A stretch of 63,799 nt of DNA, counting the filler, from Lenisia limosa (taxonomy: Eukaryota > Protista > Breviatea), in NCBI GenBank assembly GCA_001655205.1. It is 13 parts of 13 records of this genome, joined end to end, with 100 filler letters (N's around TTAATTAATTAA, not from the genome) between each part and the next. Parts side by side here need not be neighbours in the genome. Positions count along the whole stretch, not along the records: positions 35,055 to 50,226 come from LPNZ01006357.1; 12 more parts are not named here. One strand, given 5' to 3'. Of the stretch, positions 38,372 through 47,979 are shown in pieces (the first letter of the stretch is position 1; each line of letters begins with the position of its first letter). Both the position numbers and the translations under genes were made by a program. The notes under the pieces were generated by a model. It saw only the letters and a list, made by a program, of their open reading frames with translations, searched no databases and was not told the origin of the DNA.

Positions 38372-41300
38372 ATGGTGAGGTCAAAGAAGCTGAAGAAGTC
38401 ATCCAAGGAGATCAAAGACTTTGTGGTTGGCTATAATTAGTCAAAATAATATAATAATATTAGAAACGCAAAGCCAAAGTCGGTAAGAAGGTCAAGCAGC
38501 AGGGAAATGTCACGAACACTAACTTCAAATCAAAAGGTTTGCTCCTGCCCGCTTTCAGAAATATGTTTCAGATTTCTAAAATGAGGCAAATATGTATCCA
38601 GGCACAGTGTCACAGCTTTCACTCCTCAGTTCTCTATCTTGAGCAGCAGGATCTTGGTCTTGACAAGGGGCCTCAGGTGAACTCCAAAAACCAGAATATA
38701 AAGGAACTTACATCATTGTCAAAGCATCACCAAGGAATGGTGAGAAAAGGTGAGCGGGCTGGGGTGATAATCAATGTTTTGGGATAATTGAGAGTCAATG
38801 AGCTATCCATGCTGACCTGCCCCCCAGAGGCCTATATTGGACTGAAAGACCTGATAGACTGCTGTCCCCGAATGCTAAAATCCAGTCTCAGCGAGTTGAT
38901 GGGACTTGCATCTTCGGGTGTGTGGGTGCTTCAACTTCTATTTCAATGTACACATTGTTAACTTCAAACAGGCTTGATAGATGGAGATAAAATGGTGAGA
39001 GAATCATCAAGGAGTCTTGCTGCTGCCATTATTACACAGGTTGGGGGGTATGCATATGATATATCCATTTCAGGTTGGGGGGTCCATATATCAATTAGTG
39101 TATGTGTTGGGAGTGTTTGTTTTGAGTTTGGCGGCATTTGATCAGAGAACGCGGCATGTGTGCTGTATGAGTTACTTGTTTGCTGTTACTGGTTTCGATT
39201 TAGACCGTTGTTTCTTATGGCTTTATGGACACAGGTGGAACCAGAGCTGATGAAGCCTTTTGCTCCGATTCTCATTGCCTACACTAAGAACTGCATGACT
39301 CATTTGGAGGTATGTTCATTTTCTAGTTTAACATTCGAAATAGCTCCAATATCTCTTATAAGTTTGATGGTGTGGACGGCTTCGACCAGATACAAACTTA
39401 TTTTTTTTATTTCTCATTGCTATAAATAATGGAAGATGTTCTTATTTCAAAAATCACGCCTGCAGGAAAAGATGCGGCGAGATGGATTGGCGTGTCTCGG
39501 CGTCTGGGTCGATATTCTGCCCGAAGCAGTGTCGAAGTCATCTTCCACAATATTACCTGCCCTTCTGAGTCTGATGTCCACTCAGGTTCGCAGGAATAAG
39601 GCTTAGATCATTCGCGATGCTCGATACCCCTACATAATTACTCACCTTCTAGAAACGAACAGCTCAATCAGGCTCAGGCGGAACCGTCACTTCCAGGATA
39701 ATGGACTCTAACCCATCAGTGGGCTTCCTTGTCGTCATTTTGTTTTTATCATATTCTTCTCAAACTAGCTATACTATTATGGGAAATAGAAACGGTTGTA
39801 TTCTTGTTAAAGTTGTACATCATCACACGTATAAGGGATATTCTATTTTCTAAAGCAATTCAGGGTCAAATGAACTCAGTAGCAATGAGGGCGGAAGCTA
39901 TGGTTCTCTTACATAAGTTCGTCAAACTTTGTTTTGTAGCCGAAGGAAAAAAGAGTGACTTCCCCACCCAGATCGAATACGACTGTGTATGTGGAGTACG
40001 TGTAGATTTTGTTGGAAAGTACTGTATCACCAAGATTTATCCCACAAAACATATGTACACCTAGTGCTTCACTTCGGTTTGAAATAAGACTGGATTTCTT
40101 GATAAATACTCGAAAACTGTCGATATTTTATCGGTCTTTTTCAAACCGAAGTGAAGCCCTTTGTACACCTGAGTGCAAGGACACCATCTGGGCTGACAGT
40201 CTATTTCACTCCCTTTTCATTATTGAAGGTATATAGTTATTAACTCTTTTTTTAGCTATTTTACAACCACCACCTTGTAGTAATTCTGTTATAACCATCA
40301 CCTTGTAGGTACAATGGACCGATGACCGATTATACGCTCTTGCCCAGCCGAAAATCCAAATAGTGGAGCTCTTTCCTGAGCACGAGCCGACCCCCTCGTT
40401 GACAGAAATGTTTCCGGCAGACGGCGGAGAGTGTCGAACGGCCAAATCCTTCAGCGAGGTCAGCATGGCTATGGGAGGCAACACCACAGCAGCAGAGCTT
40501 CTTGATGGACTGTACAAAGTGGTCATCGACAGCTGGCTGGAGTGTCAGCCTTCGGATCCGTCAAGCCCTGAAAGCTATCATTGCATGGGTGGGCGGCTTG
40601 TTCATGATTATGTAATGGAGGCATAAACGTAGTTGGTTTATAGTCCCTTTCACCTCAACCTTCAAATCTCTATTTTGATCCATCATCTCTATCTTTGACC
40701 TATTACCTCTCAGCTGCATCCCTCCGAGTTTTGGAGCATTTGGTGTCTGTGGTCTCACGTACCCCTGAACGTAAGCGCTACTTTTGGACTGGTATTGCCA
40801 TTGTTTTTATGTACGGCTTCGGTCTGATACAACCTTTACTCAGTTCAACCAAGAAAGAATATGATTTCATACCATATCATAAGACTGTAATGTAGAAATC
40901 TTTTGATTTCCATATCTCTATGAAGTCCAGTTCTGCCCTCCGGACCCTCATTGCTCATTTCTTCAGAATGGACATCCAAGAAGGAGCAGTGGCGCTATCT
41001 AACCGCTCACGTCCTGCCCTATTTCCCCTTCAAAATCGCCCCACATTTCTCAGGCAGTACGCTGGCATCTTTTCACACGGCTTTATATTCTGAGTGTGAA
41101 CAGTCGTCAGAAACATATAGTTGCAGAAAATGTGTTTTTCCTTACCCCCTTCTAGGTGACATGGTGGTGAAAGGAGTGCACTCTATCAATATTTCAGTTG
41201 CGTCTGTAGGCTGGGCTATCACTTCGTCTTGGTGATATTGCTGCGTGTTGGTGCGAGTTAACCTTCAGATGTACGAGAAATTCCGCGCAGCCGATTTGCC

Positions 41301-42996
41301 AATGCCGACGTCTTTGACCAAATCAGTCTTCTTTTATATGGAGGACCTTTTCAAGGTGTGTAAATATCAAGGATTTAAGTCTTGACCAAAATGATGGTGT
41401 TTGTGTTTTGCTGTCTAGCTTGTTTTCAGGCTATTATTTAGCACTTTTAAAACGATCCTTGTTTGGTTCTTTTTATCCTATACTCTTTTATATCGCTGTT
41501 GTTTAGTACTGATTATTTAGAACAAGGAAGTGTACCGTGGCCTTCCGCTGCTACCCATTTACGAAGGATTCACCAGGTCTTCTCTTCCCGACAGCATTAC
41601 TCAGGTGGCTTGCTTATTTCTTCTCTATTTGCTATTTGTAAGATTACTGCTATTTCTATCATTTCGTAAGATTTCTGCTATTTGTATCATTTCGTAAGAT
41701 TATCATTTCGTAAGATTACTGCTATTTGTATCATTTCATAAGACTACTGCTATTTGTATCATTTCCTATTTACATATTGAAAAGATTCTGCTGATGTCAC
41801 AATTGCACTGTTGTTTTAGAATTCGCAATATTACCATAGTGCATTGCGAACGGTACTAGTATGATACTTTGAGAGGTCCTGAATTCGAGTGTTTATGTTC
41901 AACAGGCTTTCATGGGGTGGGCAGCACGTCTCAGCCCGGGTAGTATGCCTCATAGGTAAGGATCCATTGACTGCCTTTTCTTGATTTGATTTCCTTTTTA
42001 GCATCAATAGTCTATTGTATTCACAAAACAGAACCGCCTTGGACGTCATGAGCAGACTAGTCCTCTCTAAGTCAACGTAAGCTTTGGTTCCTTAGAAGTA
42101 TTTGATAATAATGATGTAATTAATATGTTTTCTTCACTCTAATTTTCATAAAGCAGCATATTATGCGCCTTGATTGGATTTGCGTCGGAACACCATTCTC
42201 CACTCCCCTGACTCCCCAGTTTGTCAGAAGACACCCAGTTCCAAATGGTGGTTGAGCTGGCAAAGTCATTGTGGAAGGCCGACTCCACTGCCGATACCGT
42301 GGTGCCAACCCTCTTCAAACTGGTGTCACAAACGGAGCGAAGTGAGAGGGGTCTTGCATAACTTTTTCTGGGGTGCTGTCTTACTGAAAAGGCTCGCCCC
42401 TCCTGTCCAAAATCGACCCGTTGCTGGTGCCTCTCTTCTTCAAGTCGTTCGGCACCCCCCCGAAGGAGGTTTTTGGTCCTTTTAAGAAGATCTCAAAAGA
42501 ACTACAGGTATGCTGGGTACCCAGAGGGGTAGAAGTGGGGCTATTCAAACCCATGAGTGCTTCATTGTTCCTTTTCTGATTGTTTAGTACGATTTGGTTT
42601 TGACCGTCAACAGCCTACCTTGTGTCTCTCAACAGGTACATGGGTTCTACTTTTCTGGGGGATCATTTTGATCGAAGCCTCTTTTTAGTTGAGAAGTGTA
42701 CACGTATGATATGTTTTTTTTGGAGCTATTAACAAAGGATAAACAACGCAACAAAAAGTAGTCGTACTGAATAAGAAACATGAGATATCCGATGCAGGAC
42801 CTACGAAAACACTGATGCATTTTTCACCATTTTAGTTGGCAAACTCGTTACGAAGGTGCACTGAATTACCGAACGTCCCCCCTTGTAAGCCCACATCGTC
42901 TTCATCGCAATTGCAACTTAGATTCTATGATTGTGGGATTTTACCGCTACAGACGTCAAGGTGATGATGAACACTGCTGCTGACAAATCAAAATGA
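38372..42996 (+). CDS. TEX10: TEX10/Ipi1 (Rix1 complex, pre-60S processing)
   Basis: MVRSKKLKKSSKEIKDF..KRKAKVGKKVKQQGNVTNTNFKSK, NIKELTSLSKHHQGMVRKEAYIGLKDL, IDGDKMVRE, MKPFAPILIAYTKNCMTHLE..RRDGLACL, and a late VFGPFKKISKELQ match the Ipi1/TEX10 pattern. 3' end approximate. Confidence 0.85.
39367..39420 (+). repeat. Family B short intronic repeat (TEX10 intron)
   Basis: ATGGTGTGGACGGCTTCGACCAGATACAAACTTATTTTTTTTATTTCTCATTGC. Confidence 0.75.
40062..40161. mobile_element. MITE family A
   Basis: Perfect 8-bp TSD TGTACACC at 40054-40061 and 40162-40169. Confidence 0.92.
41638..41765. repeat. 28-bp tandem repeat, about 4.5 copies, intronic
   Basis: Unit TAAGATTACTGCTATTTGTATCATTTCG, with one truncated unit. 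Confidence 0.9.
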
Positions 42997-43241
42997 ACAT
43001 AGGCTTGCCCCCCTCCACCCTCGGATAGCCAGGTCTGATTTCGTTTCTGTTCAGGTATTTGTTGATGATGCATTCTAAGGTATTTCTTTGACCAAACTCA
43101 GTTTTCATGATGGATATAAGGAATTTGGATTCTAGAAGAGTACTAAAGTTTCAAGCTTCCAACCTATCCCCAAGTTGGAGTGGTAAACGAAGGAAAATTG
43201 GTCAAAAAGTTAGAGAAATAAATAAAAAAAAAAAAGGATTA

Positions 43242-44952
43242 TCATTTTGGGAGTGCCTCAGCAAGGTCGGTCAGTTCAACAGGCCGTGTGACATGCATTA
43301 TCTGCACGGGCTTGACCGACACTGTTTCCTCTTGATTGCCTTCTTTGATGGGAATAATGTTCGCAATTGGAGTGACGGTGCAGCCTGACACACTTGCAAG
43401 GTTCACGGATGGACCTGTGTACACTTCAGTGAGTTTGAATCAAATAAGTTTCAAACCCTTGATTATTAATAATAGCCTCTTGTTCTAATGATGCGTGAAT
43501 GATGCAAATTTGAATCCCCGTATCCCTCATAATCTTACCAGTAGGGAAGTTGATCAGCCAGCCTGATGCACAGTGTGTCAAGGCCATATAGCGGGCAATC
43601 TTAAGAATGTCAAACGTCAAGCCAGACTACTCAACGGCCCAGATACAATAAGCAGTCCATCCATTGTATTAAAAACAATCAATCAGCATTCACACAAGTC
43701 AGGTTCAGCATAAGCCGAAGCATAAGCTTTTCAGAAGGGTCAAAGCCACCTGGGAAACATTGTTTTGGAGCGTCGCCGTGCCTTCCTTGTAATATGCTAC
43801 ATGCTTCAATTCGAGAAGAGCAGAGGGACACTTCTGGGAAAGTGACAGGGAAACTTATCGCAAAGTAAGAAATAAAAGTAAAACGTAACATTCTGAGAGC
43901 TGATGTCCCTATGTAATCGAGAAATTGCAAAACCATTCTGACAACCCACCATATCAGCTTTGTTGAACACAGCGATATCTGCTCTGAAATTGGAGGTGAC
44001 TTCAGATGGGATGTATGTTATTCCTTTGCTGGTCGAGGGTGTCTCCAGAAGACCAGTGCTCTTCGTAGTTGATGTCTCATCGTCATCGTTCGCGTCCTTG
44101 TTTTGTGGCGGTGCTGGGGCTTCAACAACGGCCCCGTCCCAGTAAACCTGGGGGTTACAACCACCATGCGCACTGTCCCAGATATCGGAGCATGATAGTT
44201 AAGGCTTCACTTCGGTTCGAAAAATACCTGTAAAATATCGATAGTTTTGGGAGATTTATCGAGAAATTCAGTCTTTTTTCGAACCGAAGAGGCCCTAATG
44301 ATAGTCCACATTCCATCAACCAGCATACTCTGATGGGGAACTCACTTTCAACATAGAACCCTGCCGCCTGTAAGCACCATTCTAAAAGTCGCTGGTGGGT
44401 CCCTTCCGAGCCCCAACAGCTGAAAAATCAGAGATGGGATGGGGGGAAGGATGTCTAATGTGTTCGTCAGAGAGGAGACTCCTTGAAAAGTCTATGATAA
44501 AATGTATGATATACAATATAATAAACTATCTTCCATCATCTGATTCAGTGCCTTATTCACTTCCACCCTAGAGCTTCACTTCCGTTCGAAAAAGACCTTA
44601 ACATATCGATAGTTTTCGAGGATTTATCAAGAAATTCAGTCATTTTTTTGAACCTAGCTATATCTCATCAATCCTACCCCCACCTGCAGCACTTGGTCAC
44701 ACGCTGGCAAAGAGTTTCACCAAACTTGAGGAAATAGTCGTCGATGGTAAGACCGTTGCGAGGGGGAACGGAGATGGAGGGCAGATACTTCTGTAGCGTT
44801 CGGAGGGGGGTATGCTCTGTCATTGATCTAACAAAATCACCGAAGAATAACGATAGGGCCCAACAAAGTCGATCATGCGAGTGGTATGAGAAATTGCAAA
44901 ATCCAAGCTTGTTCAATTTGAAGTTAGTATTTTCTGGGAGATTTTCAAGAAT
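43242..44952 (-). CDS. GxxExxY-like (PDDEXK_3-type) PD-(D/E)XK nuclease with spliceosomal introns
   Basis: Spliced product: ..FGETLCQRVTKCCS|CWGSEGTHQRLLEWCLQAAGFYVESEFP..VYWDG..NFRADIAVFNKADM|KCPSALLELKHVAYYKEGTATLQNNVSQ|IARYMALTHCASGWLINFPT|VYTG..LPK*. It retains RAD, ELK, QxxxY and GWLINF in the family order and spacing. The junction near 44150-44310 is ambiguous. Confidence 0.7.
44200..44297. mobile_element. MITE family A in an intron of the nuclease gene
   Basis: Perfect 8-bp TSD ATGATAGT at 44192-44199 and 44298-44305. A second, right-truncated copy lies at 44569-44660. Confidence 0.92.
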
Positions 44953-45143
44953 CTACTTTAGAGGGTGATTTGNNNNNNNNNNTCTCTTCCCACCACAAAA
45001 TTGTGCTCGCAGCCAATGTTCCACTCTTCCAGGGAGGGTCTCAGACCTGTAATATGAGGCAAAGTAGATAATTGAGAAAGAGTAAAATGGCACATCAAAT
45101 CCATTAAAGCGAATCGGTGCTAACGGTCCATGAAACAGGCAAC

Positions 45144-45226
45144 TAGGGCTTCCCTACGGTCCGAAAAACCGTCAAAATATCGATAGTTCTCGAGAATTTA
45201 TCGGAAAATTCAGTAGGGAAGTCCAA
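45144..45226. mobile_element. MITE family A, CCCTACGG subfamily
   Basis: Perfect 8-bp TSD CAGGCAAC at 45136-45143 and 45227-45234. Confidence 0.88.
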
Positions 45227-45446
45227 CAGGCAACAAAATAACACAGGTATTCAATACAAAGAAGAACGGCAAAAACGGTACATGGCAGAGGACCAATGGG
45301 AAAAGAGACTTGATCAAATCGAGAATCTCACTCGCATTTCGTGACTTTTGATCTGCCCCCTCATGTAGTAAATATATCATATCATATAGTAGTACTATAT
45401 CATATGATATTATGATATGATATGATATTATATGATATGTACGTAC

Positions 45447-45576
45447 CGGGCATTTGGAGTACTTCTGAAGCAGTGGGGCGGGTGAAGGGGTTGGGGTCAA
45501 GACAGGCACTGATTGCATCCACAAGATGGGGGTCAAGGGACAGGCTTTTATATTGTGATAGCCTTGATGGTAAGGG
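45447..45576 (-). CDS. Exon resembling protein-kinase subdomains X-XI
   Basis: PLPSRLSQYKSLSLDPHLVDAISACLDPNPFTRPTASEVLQMP, followed by donor gtacgt at 45446. It resembles the DLIxxCLxxDPxxRPTAxEVL consensus. No catalytic kinase motifs were found upstream. Confidence 0.45.
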
Positions 45577-45760
45577 CTTTGATATTGAGAAATAAGACAG
45601 TTAAAATATTTAAGGGTTTGGCTGGGACACTTTGGTCAATTTGAAGTTAGTATTTTCTGGGAGATTTTCAAGAATCTACTTTAGAGGGTGATTTGAAAAG
45701 ACCACTTGGTAGAGGAGAAATCACTCATACATTCGCAATCCCATTGAAGGTATTATATAT

Positions 45761-45813
45761 TGCAATGAGAAATAAAAAATAAGGTTGTATCTGACCGAAG
45801 CCGTCCACACCAT
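45761..45813 (-). repeat. Family B short repeat
   Basis: Reverse complement reads ATGGTGTGGACGGCTTCGGTCAGATACAACCTTATTTTTTATTTCTCATTGCA. Confidence 0.75.
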
Positions 45814-47979
45814 ACAAGAAGTATTAATTCACCCAATCTTACAATAGCCTCCGGATGGTCTTATAATGTCTCTATCGATAATTTGGAAATGCAGGGGCGT
45901 CTGGGGAGGGGAGGGGGGTTTGAAAATGCATGAAACCTAAGGCTAAATAATGAGAAACTCATCAATATCCATTTTGTACCACAGTGAAAGTGAAAGACGC
46001 TTTTATAATGATCTGCAGCAAAATCAACTGGCAGAGGTAATATTAACATAACAATAGGATCAAAAGGAGCGAAATGCTTGTAAATACAGTCATAGCTAAA
46101 AGGAAGGTTAACAGCGTCCAAATAGCACAAGCGGTAGTATTGAGTTTCAGGTTGTGATTTACACTTAAATAACAAGAATTGGGTTTGTACATGATAGGGA
46201 GTTATGAAAGCGGTATCGTCATGGTGCTATTCAGAGGTGGTAACAGTGAAAGAAATAAGAAAATGACCAATTCTTTACCCCCCCCCCCCACAGCTGTTCA
46301 TCATGACCTCACCATGACAAGAGATTCCTTATCCTGATCCACAAGAGGACAAGGAATTTTATTGATCTGTCCCAACACCCACCAAACCTATGATGGTGGT
46401 GAACCGAAGAAGAGCAGAGAAGATTGTTGTCTTGGTCTTGTGGATCAGAGCAAGAAGAGAACAAAAAATTGCCAAAAGATGCATTATCATCAATCTTCAT
46501 ACAGACATCATACTAATGGATGGAAGGGTGGGCCCTCGAACTCGTTCACCAAAATGACAAGAAAGGAGACAAGATGAAATCACTTTATAGCGTTTCTTTA
46601 GTATTACTAGAGACCACTATCTCAGCTAAAAATGGGCCAAAAAACCCAACAACCAGCACGCTGCCGCAGAGTGTTATTATTTTGGTGAAACGGCAGCCTT
46701 GTTTTCCAGTTCTTTGCAATTCCTTGTTTTTTTATTATTTGGAGATTCTGATGATTCGGTTTGTGATTTGTACCTTTAGCCTAATATTCTTCATCGAAAT
46801 TCCCTTTGTTTTACCCCCCCCCCNNNNNNNNNNNNNNNNNNNNNNNNNNNNNNNNNNNNNNNNNNNNNNNNNNNNNNNNNNNNNNNNNNNNNNNNNNNNN
46901 NNNNNNNNNNNNNNNNNNNNNNNNNTCCACTCTGGGATACTATGTTGCTCTCGCTACTACGTAGGGAGGGGTGATATCAGGCAATTCATTATCAAAACCT
47001 TTCATTTCAACCTTCAACTGGTTGACAGAAATAATCTCTTTTCAAGAATTTTGTGGCCTGGGAAGGCTTTATACATGTACCTGCTTCTGATTCCTCCGCA
47101 AGTTAGGTACATGTATATCATCACCATGTAGTACCCAAAAACACCTGTCGGTGGTTGCCAATTATTAAATGGATAATGTAATTAAAACAAGAGAAATAAA
47201 CTTCCGTATTTTTGGCTGGGCACAAGTATATTCTCCAGTATTTTATTGAGAAATATACTGTTCAAACCTTTAGCTTTATTTCAAAATAATATTTTTTATA
47301 TGATTTTCTACAAAAGATGGCATATTATTACGCCAAATAATTGCTTAGAAACAAAAATATAGCCTGCAAATCTCTCTTGTTTTTTTTTTAAAAAAATGGG
47401 GGGGGGGGGTNNNNNNNNNNNNNNNNNNNNNNNNNNNNNNNNNNNNNNNNNNNNNNNNNNNNNNNNTTTGGCCTCTGAAACCTTACCATGTTTTGAGCGG
47501 AATTTGAGAGCAGAAATTACTGAACACGTCTTAATGTCACATAACTATTATTATTGGGAATTTTATACGATTAAATGTTGGAAGAAATAAAGTAGGTTCT
47601 AAAATTTAAATCCCGATGCAATTTTTGGCGTCCTTTTAATAATTTTATCTTCATCACACGCTACGATATTTCTTTCCCATTATTAACCTTTATAATTAAC
47701 ACCACAAATTTGATCAAACCACCGTCTGACAATTTCCACTACATAAAATCCGGATTTTGGAGCTAATTTTCGTTCTCGTCAATAGCAAACGCTTGCTAAG
47801 TCCTTGCGGTAAAGTAATTCGACAATACGTTTGATTTTTTTTAATGCTTTGATAAGCAAATGTGAAATAAAGATGTCTTAGTCTTCTCATAACGTAAATG
47901 AGCCCTAACCATCCTATTGTGGCTTTTTGTGGTGAAGTGTATTTCGGTCTGATATTGTGGTGTGGACAGCTTCGGCCAG

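Noticed and set aside
45761-45813. Family B repeat as a tRNA or 5S rRNA gene
   Set aside because: It has no cloverleaf, no convincing A or B box, and is too short. Similarity to the 5S 5' end is only a few bases.
45840-47130. Kinase catalytic domain or another definable gene upstream of the kinase-like exon
   Set aside because: Short splice-flanked frames exist on both strands (e.g. VHHDL on the plus strand), but no consistent HRD/DFG/APE series or strand could be established.
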